From Tetramitus jugosus (taxonomy: Eukaryota > Protista > Heterolobosea): DNA of 64,000 nt. Made by a program: the position numbers and the translations under genes. A model generated the notes under the pieces. The model was not told the DNA's origin, ran no database searches, and was given only the letters and a program-made list of their open reading frames with translations. The DNA lies in contig OW569372.1 in assembly GCA_937625935.1 (NCBI GenBank), positions 124,001 to 188,000 of the forward strand, written 5' to 3'. How positions within the stretch are numbered: position 1 is the first letter of the stretch; each line of letters starts with the position of its first letter. This document shows positions 22,601 to 30,740 of this stretch, in pieces.

Positions 22601-24961
22601 GCTGATGCTCTGAAGGAAATAATAAAAATCAAAGGCAGGAGAATGATCGCTAGATGGCATTGGTGAAGCAGTTTGTTTCTCATCAAAAATGGATTTTCCT
22701 TCTCTCTTTGGTGATGATATTGGCCAAGAAACCGTGTATAACTTAATTTCATCCGGAGATGAATTAGAAAGTTGAAGAGAGATAGAACTTCTCGAGGTAT
22801 TCGATATTTGGAATTTTCTTAGAATAGGTTTGTTGATCACTAATGAATCAAAGTTGATTGTTTTCGCAAAGTTGTGTTGCGAAGGAGCTCTCACATCATA
22901 AAATAGTGCATGGAACATCAACATGTTCTTATCAATATTATTCGACTGTATCTCGACAATATTATCATTATTTCTATTATCCAAGTTCACAATGGTAATT
23001 TGCTTCTTATAATTTGTGTTCACACGTCTCGGTGATAGCTTAAAAGTTAAAGTAATACTCTGTTTCGGCCGAATCGTTGCCTTCTTAATACTACAAGTAA
23101 TAATTTTTGAAACGAATTCTACAGCGATGTGTGCCGGTATTTCAGACCGATTCACTACTTCAATAGAAGCACATCTCAGCGATCCAATGGATGAATCACC
23201 AAGATTGATCTTCTTTTGTCTCACTTCAACAATGGAAGAACAAACCATAGCATTGCACGTCACAGTAAAAAAGTCACTCTCCACCTTCTTTGAATCCTTT
23301 GCGCTAATGTACAACTTGAATTTTCGGTTCATTAACTTGGTGGTGAGTGCAAAGTCCTCGGCATCAATTTGTTGTGGTGTATAACACACAATCACTTGCT
23401 TCTCCTCTCCAGGTCGAATACTAATCTCCTCGATTCTCTCCTGCAACATTTTCTTCTCAGAATACTTTTCCAAGCTCTCCTCTGATGCAAGTTCAAACGT
23501 AATGGTAGAGTCGGAGGAATCTGAGCTGAAAAATAGATCCAAAACCTCATAAGACTCATTCCTAATGGTCATATTACGTCGCTTGGTCGACTCGGAGTAA
23601 CAATATCCAAAATCGATGCTCGTCACTACAGCACCGTCCTCATCCAACAACTTTAAGCCACTTTCGTGCACTTCTTGATTTGCAATTGAACACAACAGAG
23701 AAACAGCGCATATATTCGTTCCATTGTTCTTATTCTCGACATAGATTGGAATTTCCCAATCACCGACCATTAGCGGCGTAAACGTAATTGAAATACGCAT
23801 GTGAGCATACGCCGAAACCAAAATATTTTGACTAATGGACTTTCCAGTCTCATACTCTGTAAACTCCACAATACCAAACGATCCTTCCTTCATCATGAGA
23901 TTGAAGGACAAGGGTATCTCTGATCGATTCCAAACTGTAAATTCCTTGATTTGTTTCTCATTGACCAAACAGTGACCAAACTGCAACTGAGACACATCAG
24001 TCTCCAAATACGAGTAGCACACATTGGCAGAGAATTTGACTTGTTGTGTGACTGATACGGACAAGGGTGGTAACACTGAGTGTTCCATCAAGTTCCCACC
24101 TTCATTGCTCAACACATGTTGTTGTTGAGTGTTATGACTACTCGTGGTCATTGCTTCACTCAAAAAATGAATGGTACCGTGCAGAGGAATGTACGAATAG
24201 TGTTGATCGCTCTGTACAGTTCGATTGATTCCAGTCACTGCACTCGGTACAAATGAAACAACAAGTTCTCTCTCTTCATTGGCCTTGAGTAACAATGAGA
24301 TGCTTCCTGTTTGAAAATTGGATAGAATCAATGGATGTTGTTGTTGTTGTTGTTGAGTGGAAGATGTAGTGTTGTTGCTGCTTTCATTGTTTGGTGATAT
24401 TGTAGTTGTAGTTGATGATGATGATGCAGTGTTGGATGATGCTGTGACTGATGATGAAGATGACAATTTTTTCAAAAATTGAAATCGAACTGCATTTTTC
24501 AGATCAGCATTCACCTGTTGTTGTTGTTGTTGTTGAGTATTGTTTGTTGATGATGATGATTTTGTTGTTGTCGTATGATAATCATCATCATCATCATCAT
24601 CATCATTCATATCATGATGGTCTCTTTCTACAACACCACTATCATCCTTTTTTTCATCATTTTCATTGTCTTGTGAATGACTTGTTGTTCTTGGAGTAGT
24701 ACTCTCATTAATGTTGATATTGCTAATACTATTTTCAAAATAAATTTTAAGGGAGACGTCTCTCTGAAGAGCATCCATGTTTTGTATCATGATGGATTGA
24801 TGAACAAAACGATGAGCTTGAGTGTATAGTGGAACACTTGCGAATGAAATGTGATCAATTGTGGTGGTGGTCACCACATTTTGTTGTAGTTGCTGGAGTT
24901 GACTTTGTTGAGATACGGTTGAGAGCAACAATGGCTTTCGTTTAATCTGAATGAGAGACAT
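16643..24961 (-). CDS. 2772-aa protein with many tandem ASH/PapD-like Ig-fold domains
   Basis: Recurrent (I/L)xFG...x(I/V)xNxS...P...FxP units (LQFGHCLVNEKQIKEFTVWNRSEIPL; INFGTILDSEERTKTLGISNLSEVPL; INLGDSSIG); orthology not assignable by eye. Confidence 0.65.
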   Translation of the reverse strand: MSLIQIKRKPLLLSTVSQQSQLQQLQQNVVTTTTIDHISFASVPLYTQAHRFVHQSIMIQNMDALQRDVSLKIYFENSISNININESTTPRTTSHSQDNENDEKKDDSGVVERDHHDMNDDDDDDDDYHTTTTKSSSSTNNTQQQQQQQVNADLKNAVRFQFLKKLSSSSSVTASSNTASSSSTTTTISPNNESSNNTTSSTQQQQQQHPLILSNFQTGSISLLLKANEERELVVSFVPSAVTGINRTVQSDQHYSYIPLHGTIHFLSEAMTTSSHNTQQQHVLSNEGGNLMEHSVLPPLSVSVTQQVKFSANVCYSYLETDVSQLQFGHCLVNEKQIKEFTVWNRSEIPLSFNLMMKEGSFGIVEFTEYETGKSISQNILVSAYAHMRISITFTPLMVGDWEIPIYVENKNNGTNICAVSLLCSIANQEVHESGLKLLDEDGAVVTSIDFGYCYSESTKRRNMTIRNESYEVLDLFFSSDSSDSTITFELASEESLEKYSEKKMLQERIEEISIRPGEEKQVIVCYTPQQIDAEDFALTTKLMNRKFKLYISAKDSKKVESDFFTVTCNAMVCSSIVEVRQKKINLGDSSIGSLRCASIEVVNRSEIPAHIAVEFVSKIITCSIKKATIRPKQSITLTFKLSPRRVNTNYKKQITIVNLDNRNNDNIVEIQSNNIDKNMLMFHALFYDVRAPSQHNFAKTINFDSLVINKPILRKFQISNTSRSSISLQLSNSSPDEIKLYTVSWPISSPKREGKSIFDEKQTASPMPSSDHSPAFDFYYFLQSISKCEESSLESRMTKESEYVKAEMDARENLEKLISKQYLVECSVLDLEPKTDMDVYVLFRPSGVLRPDVSSTLKKIEESIYINLLSYEQQSNQPDKQHIPPRELTILAKVCRSMMDLTQKHINFGTILDSEERTKTLGISNLSEVPLLYRVKKTGSIASGDLQVSSDSKVGVLRGYGSRELKFKFKPSLSGKFHETLTFVNVQDPEALTVITIKADIKKHQRFAIKNNDIDFSDVIMNTESALKRIVITNTTKQRRVFDIKVDHNTFENWFLKFAYDLDPVSVNQETEKLESELEDIDKKMKIAVRKGKSSKVEKLDQRVKEIKKQLNFDKEDDDTFMSSSEDESEQRKRKRFKTTESGIRFAIPAKGTQVVNVSVTPYPNDEANIVAERGNGKILISETKNVDSQQIVTFNLNILTSRKRAHSDHKRKIQPPILAVEKPLVPQDKDTISFIVSPLNIDLKEVDVEAKVNCKFTIFNKSLEPAGFVVMNKSASTEAKISFSQNNGEVPANGECVIEVHFETFSMGSQRHYISVQNLRTKKIHTVLIACTPQSASPVSISMLNEQQEFDFGFTYLPQGGKKIAKVFPFTLSNNKDQNLNFDIVSNSPSQVYAYLDEELTRKAVKCSLLKGESQVVYVCISPSLSAHDKQKGHCRLLVGGLRCQIFNEDRSKKLYERTVRYRTIVGRMILNCSTLEVDFGCISSLDKPLESSFVMENGTMHMPLNYEIQHDSDSLELDISKGRLDAISVDKKREGSSKVSIKFAMKIHSYGVHMDTIRIVNSDDHEVLHEIKVRVFVDDKQSLETSLGQTSSGVDVVQLDSIYATTSQSSSEKISLVSMPNRSDKLNEMRQAVGDEIFIKSGLQQKSKIIAVQSFTLKNKTSRDMILVAESDFHITLVCQQSYADERHDNLTKDNLAMFVKDRKKYTSLPFKLPPAVETTVYLVTEDLPSVTIKQREALKKNQTVSMTGTLLLTDISSNRHSSIAVKLIYINASICISEGVLPTTSINLGKIGFINNWMNDFFTFHLQNLSDSPLVVKPIASADDIQILGVREDGTITVEPLDTTTVKSVLVAKKFMSHAGSNVRRHIDILNINNPSNHLKLDITSTLTRRAWKFSRIEQDHIITLPILQHPAINSSVYSDRAFGMTNQSEDTIECKFEFVSETIIRSFLKVEILNNVTSAPLRDYQFRLNDSLAVRVRCSAVSADALIPQALLKYVQTDSQPATTFKLGELKIRARDQKTEVFAIWGSLSQMRTFTTTSTNLVFRPANALTVQSKHGDRRKNPMNVDKTKRVLSQTFTLTNIKPFAPLHFRFDYSPPKDNNLQINVVPVQGSLEPGVSAVLSVFLESKDGAPLNELPEGTCVEVNDIYAPLSSAVLPLRILNSLGLNELSSSESTVNDYSAIPSPIASMASKFTPTLSVKGCTPIKGADTNRFEINVGQVNQNELVTWELTLQNNSPLPVEYCVYEVGRQNDTPSWLHLSNSEGTLSNHLDSQSITVTFMTETIKTHSTYLIIENKNNPEDMKTIRVNMEVVLSGRSAAKKLFNVLVDGSPIDQNNILDLGEVFVGHMVKHRSIDIVNVSDVELEFHLTSNVQPDSSAELHFSLSLTSLKSFHTLRVDPYGKTKVYILYKPNYNTKDSTYSGAITSDTPCFIDEQQLFIKCRLVKDYQEVVTLRAKCSPPQINIPSTDLLFVAKDTSSDIEPESEQIVIENCFDEPLLYTIRSDFCIYFNVEIPNKCLIGENEKHYITIRPNIAKIFSSDDVFQQGKYIEEHLTIYNRKNMKEKWWVSIRFARGYLRQFFTAPGPRNAFAFSSLEERISLLLRQFKMLCDTNLEQVQDQMRSSSRNGPARSLERVGLVSKMFKKKQFNLLYFDLRYLTDELVFYGLKGKAGQAFFDLAKLLYSVLFSHRIFTLSALNEEEEEQNVHTEPNPNILSGSPFDDLSPTTRNTRIPSILQKWRGQLTYFLSYFPDRKEELKVLLVVNESLFM

Positions 24962-25194
24962 TACTACTAATGTATAAATAGGAAGTTTTCACTTTGTGTT
25001 GTTATTGTTGTTGTTGTGGTGGTGGTGGTGGTAGTTTTTCATTCAGACAAAGTGAACTTGGTTGTTGTTTGATGCTGATTTTTTCACCTCTAGCTTTTTT
25101 GTTGTTGGATAAACTGATTCGATTGGGACTTCAAGCAGAGCCAAGAAGAAACCTTTGGAGTGATTCTCCGTTCGTCTCTCAGACAAACAACAAA

Positions 25195-25818
25195 ATGACT
25201 TCAAAGAGAAAGCTTTCGAGCAGTAGTAGTTCGTCTTCAAAGAAGGAGGAAACAAACACTGCAAATCAACAAGAAGAAGCAGCCACAAATTATGAAACTC
25301 CATTTGATCGCTTCCGAACCGCTTTTCTTCGAACAGATGCCGATTTGCATGATGTGCGGTTGCGAATCATGAAAACAGAAGCCTACCAAAACTTTCTTGC
25401 CTTGAGAGCTGCAAAACATCCCAACAAGAGTTATTGGCACAGAACATTTTTTAGGGTCATGATTGTCACTGTTCCATCGTTTCTTGCCATGTACGGTCTG
25501 ATGTGGTTCACGAAACGAGAGTACGCCCAGATCGAAAATGATCAAAAGTTGCAGCAATCGTTTGAACCGTCAGTTATTCTGAATCAGTTGAAGGAGTACG
25601 ATAAACCACCGGGTCAAAAGGTTCAGGACACGATGCACATGAGAAACGAAAGCTTTTACTCGAGTAGGGAAGCTGCACGACTAAACTTCGAAGACATGTC
25701 ACTGCACAAACAACTGGAAGAAATGAACCAAAAGTTAAGTTCACTCAAGGAAATGAAACGACAGCAACAACATGCCGCTGTGAACCAAGATAGCCAACAA
25801 CAACGACAACAAGAATAG
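25195..25818 (+). CDS. Hypothetical single-pass membrane protein
   Basis: Long ORF, likely ATG at 25195; one hydrophobic helix (VMIVTVPSFLAMYGLMWF); C-terminal coiled coil. Confidence 0.6.
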   Translation: MTSKRKLSSSSSSSSKKEETNTANQQEEAATNYETPFDRFRTAFLRTDADLHDVRLRIMKTEAYQNFLALRAAKHPNKSYWHRTFFRVMIVTVPSFLAMYGLMWFTKREYAQIENDQKLQQSFEPSVILNQLKEYDKPPGQKVQDTMHMRNESFYSSREAARLNFEDMSLHKQLEEMNQKLSSLKEMKRQQQHAAVNQDSQQQRQQE

Positions 25819-26182
25819 AAACAAGAGTATTATGCCGTTCGCAGCACAGCGGTTTCACACACACAAACGAATAGTCAGATATTGTACACACACATCTCGA
25901 AGAGAAATTCATTGTATTGTATCGATCTCTCTGTTTTATCCAAATAGGAAACACCCTCCACTGCACTGCTCTCGATACACCATCAGTGTATCTACACATT
26001 GGCTATGTTGAGAAAAATAGTAAAAATATAGAGATAAAAAATCATCCGAGTTTCGTTTTCTTCATTCTCATCAGATTCTTCACTTGTTGTCGTCGTCATC
26101 CATTGAAACATGCAACTTCTTCTTCAATTTCTTCAAAAAATGCATGCAACAACAAATTCATTAATAATTGTACGATGAAAAT

Positions 26183-26806
26183 TTACTGACGATTTTCTCT
26201 AGACACTTCCAATCCCCACTTCAAAATGCTTTCAGCTCTCTGTTGCTTGATGTCATTGAAATACTTTGGGTTCAAGCTCAAATACATATCCATTGCGATA
26301 GAGTTCATATATGGTTTGAATCTGAAGAAGTTTTCAGTTTCTTGGAACATTGTGTCGCTGTGAACAGTGTTGATCAAATCGTTATCAACAATGAATTCAC
26401 CATCAGGAATGGAAGCTTCCATGTTGAACTCCTGAGATCCAGGAAGGAGCTTAGATTCCTTAAAGTCCTTGTTCAACTGTTGTGTGTTGTTGTAAAAAGC
26501 AATACAAGAAAAGAAACGTGAGTTTTCAGGGCCACTACTGAAATTTGTTGTGAACGAAACATCGTCTCAAAATACGAGTCATGAATGATAACATACAACT
26601 CTGTTGGCGTAGGTCTTGAATTCTGGAGTAATGGTGAAGGATTGAACATCTTTCAAGTAGGAAATGATACCGGCAATGTATTCACTTTGGTTTGATTGTT
26701 GGACCAAGTGGTGACTTGCCTTGAAGTTGATATGAGCAGTGTTGTATGGATTGACAGTGTTTGCTCTAACAAACTTGGTTGCCTTTGTTGCAATTTGCTT
26801 GGACAT
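26183..26806 (-). CDS. Hypothetical protein, possibly mitochondrial; intron 26477-26596
   Basis: Two ORFs joined in frame by a GTATGT...CAG intron; basic, acid-free N-terminus. Confidence 0.6.
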
Positions 26807-26956
26807 TTTTTGTTGATGTAAGTGAGTGTTTGCTTCTGGTGTTGATTTTTGTTTGGCTCAGAAACGCGGAAAAATTTCGATAAGTTGACCGCAAAGTGAT
26901 TACAACAAAAAATGCCGCGTTCACAGAAAAAAAGGGCATGTGTGAAGTTTTGTGTT

Positions 26957-28369
26957 TTACTTTGACTTTTGTTGGTTACGTTGTTGTTCGGCTGTTAGTG
27001 CTTTCTCGTACTTCTTTGATCTGAGTTTCCATGTGGCGGTTGTGACACCGTCTTCATTGGTCACTGTTGCGTCTCTTTCGAAGCCCAAAATCTTGACGAC
27101 AGGCTCGATGGCGTCCTCTGGAATTTTCAAGTCGGTATGCAGACAATCAAATCGGATCACAAAGTTTCTCACATGAGCATACATCAGAATAATGTGCGCC
27201 AGCAATTTGTCGGTATTTTCCTTTGATTTCGCCACGTGCTTATCTCCGGCCTTTGTAGTAAACATGCTCACCAAGTGGTTGGCGATTCTCTTGTTTGGAA
27301 CGACGAGCTTAACCTTCTTGAATTCGTTATGAGAAGAGTCGTCGAGTTTACCTTGGAGTGCATCCTTCAATGCGTTGCTAGAGAAACGGGTAGGTGCATT
27401 GTACATCCAGATCAAATAACTCAGATATAGTGCTCTTCTGGTCAATTGCAAATCGATGTCGCTCTTGAAGAAATCAGCATTAAATTGCAACAATTCATGC
27501 ACAACTGTCGGAATCTTCTCCATAGCCACCTTTTTAGGTATTTTTCTGCCTTGGGTGAATGTGAGGAAATCGACATCAATGTCCACCTTGTTCAAATCTT
27601 CAATCAGAGCCTCAGACAATAATTCGTTCAGTGGGAAAATATCCTTGGCCATTGCGGCACTCTTGTTTGCAACTGGGAAGTATTCTGGATACTTTGGTCT
27701 GTATCCAACATTCTTCTTTCCAGTAGATGAGAGAGCCTTCTCCAACAGATTAGTCTTATTCAAGTTGTATCTCTCATTTGATCGGAGTGACTTCTTGGCT
27801 CTTGCATTACCAAAATCAGCAACATAGTCACTTGCTTTCATAGTCTTCTCCACATCAGAGTCATCGTCATCGTTGGTTAAGCTTTCCAACAGCTTCTGCT
27901 TCATTCTAAACACCTTTTCCAATGGTGTCACCTTGACAGTGTTTGTCTCAGGGTCATAGACACCGAGTGCGAATCGAGTTTGTACCTTTTCAATCGCAAC
28001 ACCATTCTCGTCAATATCAACTTCGGCATCTTCATCGTCTTCTTCCTCCTCATCTTTGCGATTAAATGTCCGTTGTGCAAAGAAGCACAGAGAATCTGTT
28101 TCTCCGTAGAGGAACTGAGAATTTTGATTGGTTTGCTTTTTGTAGTGCAATAATTGTAGGTCACCAGGCACATTGACACCACTTGGATAAGTGGTGAGAA
28201 GTGGTGCTTCCAACTTGTCATTACTCTTGTCTACGTTGAATGTAATTTCTGTTCCTGATGATGATGATGGTGCTTGTTTTGATTGATGATTGACTTTTTG
28301 CTTCTTTGAAGATTTGGTCGACGCATCAGATTTTTCATCCTGATGTCTCTTTTGTTTTTGATTGGCCAT
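26957..28369 (-). CDS. POLR1E: RNA polymerase I subunit RPA49/PAF53
   Basis: RFALGVYDPETNTVKV, DFGNARAKK, PVANKSAAMAKDIFPLNELL, DKLLAHIILMYAHV...LHTDLKI...ILGF...ATWKL. Confidence 0.8.
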   Translation of the reverse strand: MANQKQKRHQDEKSDASTKSSKKQKVNHQSKQAPSSSSGTEITFNVDKSNDKLEAPLLTTYPSGVNVPGDLQLLHYKKQTNQNSQFLYGETDSLCFFAQRTFNRKDEEEEDDEDAEVDIDENGVAIEKVQTRFALGVYDPETNTVKVTPLEKVFRMKQKLLESLTNDDDDSDVEKTMKASDYVADFGNARAKKSLRSNERYNLNKTNLLEKALSSTGKKNVGYRPKYPEYFPVANKSAAMAKDIFPLNELLSEALIEDLNKVDIDVDFLTFTQGRKIPKKVAMEKIPTVVHELLQFNADFFKSDIDLQLTRRALYLSYLIWMYNAPTRFSSNALKDALQGKLDDSSHNEFKKVKLVVPNKRIANHLVSMFTTKAGDKHVAKSKENTDKLLAHIILMYAHVRNFVIRFDCLHTDLKIPEDAIEPVVKILGFERDATVTNEDGVTTATWKLRSKKYEKALTAEQQRNQQKSK

Positions 28370-28666
28370 TTGTTATAAAAGATGATGAATGTGTCTGTCG
28401 CTTTCGTAGTTTAAAATGGGAGAAGGTGAAAGGAAGGAGTGAGTGTGGAGGGTAAGGTTCAGGTCGAGGTAACAATATCCTTTCTATTTCCTTTTCGGTT
28501 TTGTTTTATTGAGAGCAGGAGGTGAGCAAGCTCTTGTGTGAATTTTTTCTTGACTTCGACGTGAAAATGTTTCTTGCTTTTCACCGCCAGAGAAAATTCA
28601 GAGTTTTGGTTGAAAGTTCAACAAAGTCGGACAAAATACAAGGTGGGCGGGAAGGGTTTGCACCGT

Positions 28667-28959
28667 TCATGAGGATGGCTGGTTTTGATGTTGTTGAATG
28701 GTTTTTGCTTCACTCTTCAATTCTTTGACGCATGCAGCAAGTGATTCTGGACTGACACCAAGTTCACACAACTGAATCAAAATACTGAGACTTTCCTTGT
28801 CGAGATTTGCCCCTAAAAGCTTGTTCATTTCATAGATGGCTAGTTGACAAAACATATGATTAGTTTATTGTTCATCAAGTTTGTAATGTTTAGACAAAGG
28901 TAGTTCGTTGGTTACATACTATCCAGAGCCTCTCTGGCTGCGTTCTGTTGTTCGTTCAT
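28667..28959 (-). CDS. MZT1: Mitotic-spindle organizing protein 1 (MOZART1); intron 28840-28919
   Basis: MNEQQNAAREALD|TIYEMNKLLGANLDKESLSILIQLCELGVSPESLAACVKELK. Confidence 0.92.
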
Positions 28960-28988
28960 TTTTCTGTTCGCTCAAAAGCACGAACAAG

Positions 28989-29004
28989 AATTTTTGGCGG
29001 GAAG
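28989..29004. promoter_or_regulatory. E2F-like site about 30 bp upstream of the MZT1 start
   Basis: AATTTTTGGCGGGAAG contains the TTTGGCGGGAA E2F consensus. Confidence 0.55.
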
Positions 29005-29170
29005 TTGAGGTAGTTTCCAGTTCTGGAATTTTTGAGAGCACACCTAATGCAGTGAATGTGATTCAATACCCTCTAATCGAATTAGCATGCATGTTGTGAC
29101 AGAGCTTCTTTTTGTATCCCTCGTAAAATTTTTTGGGCACCTAGTTCTTAAACGGGAGAAATTGATATAT

Positions 29171-29266
29171 TCCCATATAGTCTAGCTGGTTAGGATATCC
29201 GGCTTTCACTTCCAAGCTGATAGCTAAAGTTCCCGGAAGACCCGGGTTCGAGTCCCGGTATGGGAG
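29171..29266 (+). tRNA. tRNA-Glu(TTC) with a 23-nt canonical intron (29209-29231)
   Basis: Acceptor stem TCCCATA/TATGGGA; anticodon stem TCCGG/CCGGA, loop CT-TTC-A^C; T arm CCGGG-TTCGAGT-CCCGG; T runs downstream. Confidence 0.93.
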
Positions 29267-29369
29267 GATCTTTTATCGTTTTTGCCAGTTCTTGGGGAAA
29301 CCCAGAATAACTTATGAAATTTGTTCTGGGGAGCTCGAGAAAGGAACATGGAAAACAAACACCAAAACA

Positions 29370-30398
29370 ATGCAACCTATTCAAGGTACTGATAAGGTCG
29401 ACATGAATCAAGAGTTGGAAGTCTCTTCGACAGAGGAGGGAGAAGTTTGGACTCAAAACATATTCGAGTTATTGTCCTGTGACTTGCAACTGTACATTTT
29501 AACATTCCTGTGCATGCAAGATTTGTATCATGTGTCATTGAGTTGTCAGCATGGTGCCTACTTGGTTCTGAGCCCGGAGAATGATGGATATCTGTGGAAA
29601 TTGGTGTTGACCAATCAAGTCGGGTTGAACAGTGATGGAGAGGCTCTCGTTGCAGTGCAAGAACGTCAAATGAAGAAAAAGGATACTGAAGAAGAGCTTT
29701 TGTCAGATTTGTCGTTGGATGTGGAAAAGTACAATGAAACTTCAAAGGTAGAAGAGTGTTTGGACAGCACGTGGAGAACTTTGGTTCGTTTGAACATGTT
29801 TCGATGGGAACCCGATTCAATGACACCAGACACTGACCTTACAATACTCAACGCTAACAAGACAATATTTTGTGAGAAACGGGAGAAGTGGAACACGATC
29901 CGAACAAACCGAAAGCTTGAAATGGGAAGGGTTCATTGTTGGGAGTACATTCTAGATGAACATGACAATGGAAGTTACAATGCCTATCGTGTGTTCGTTG
30001 GAATCCAGAGAAGTACATATGAGTTTACCAAAGCGGAGCGAGACAAGATCATTGGATTACGCAGTGAAGGTGTGAGTTACAACCTCGGTCAGCATATAGT
30101 CCACTCAGGCGATATAGCTGTTGATTCTGTCCTGAAATCGCAGAATTTTGTGTTTAGTTCAGGTGACACAATTGCAATTCAGTTTGACTTGAAGAACTTG
30201 AGTGATTCGGATACTGCGTCTATGTATCTCTTCAAGAACAATGAGTATTTTCACACCATAACAGGAATTCCAACACAAGATATTGTGTACTATCCTGCAA
30301 TATCAGTCATTTGTCGTCAGAAGGTGTCGATACGACTTAAGCAACCATTGATGCTCCACAAATTGAAATCAATGTGGAATGAAATGGTGAGTCAATAA
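29370..30398 (+). CDS. F-box and SPRY/B30.2 domain protein
   Basis: FELLSCDLQLYILTFLCMQDLYHVSLSC...LWK (F-box); GRVHCWEY...VFVGI...FSSGDTIAIQFDL...LFKNNEY...YYPAISV (SPRY). Confidence 0.88.
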   Translation: MQPIQGTDKVDMNQELEVSSTEEGEVWTQNIFELLSCDLQLYILTFLCMQDLYHVSLSCQHGAYLVLSPENDGYLWKLVLTNQVGLNSDGEALVAVQERQMKKKDTEEELLSDLSLDVEKYNETSKVEECLDSTWRTLVRLNMFRWEPDSMTPDTDLTILNANKTIFCEKREKWNTIRTNRKLEMGRVHCWEYILDEHDNGSYNAYRVFVGIQRSTYEFTKAERDKIIGLRSEGVSYNLGQHIVHSGDIAVDSVLKSQNFVFSSGDTIAIQFDLKNLSDSDTASMYLFKNNEYFHTITGIPTQDIVYYPAISVICRQKVSIRLKQPLMLHKLKSMWNEMVSQ

Positions 30399-30685
30399 AA
30401 TAACATTCTTTTCGCTAGCAGATGAATATTGACCCCATTAGAACATGTAATATCAAACAGGGCATTGTACAACTTCTGCATAACCTCTTTCGTACGTAGG
30501 GTACCACTCCTGAGACCTGGTGGTAGAATCACTATCGAGTCTAAAAGGCAGAATAGTTCCACCCAACCTCACAACGACCTCAGGCCTCGCGGCGTTTTTT
30601 TTTTTTTTTTTTTTTTTTAATACAACACGAGGTTGCTCTTTATTACTCTGTCCTACTTTCTTTTAGTTTCTCAGATCGTCCTTGT

Positions 30686-30740
30686 GACGCTCGGAGAGCG
30701 TCTCCTCTTTCCTGTTAGTAACGCTCGCAGAGCGTTACTA
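30686..30740 (-). other. Twin 3'UTR stem-loops of the retrotransposon
   Basis: TAGTAACGCTC-GCA-GAGCGTTACTA (30716-30740) and GACGCTC-GGA-GAGCGTC (30686-30702). Confidence 0.85.
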
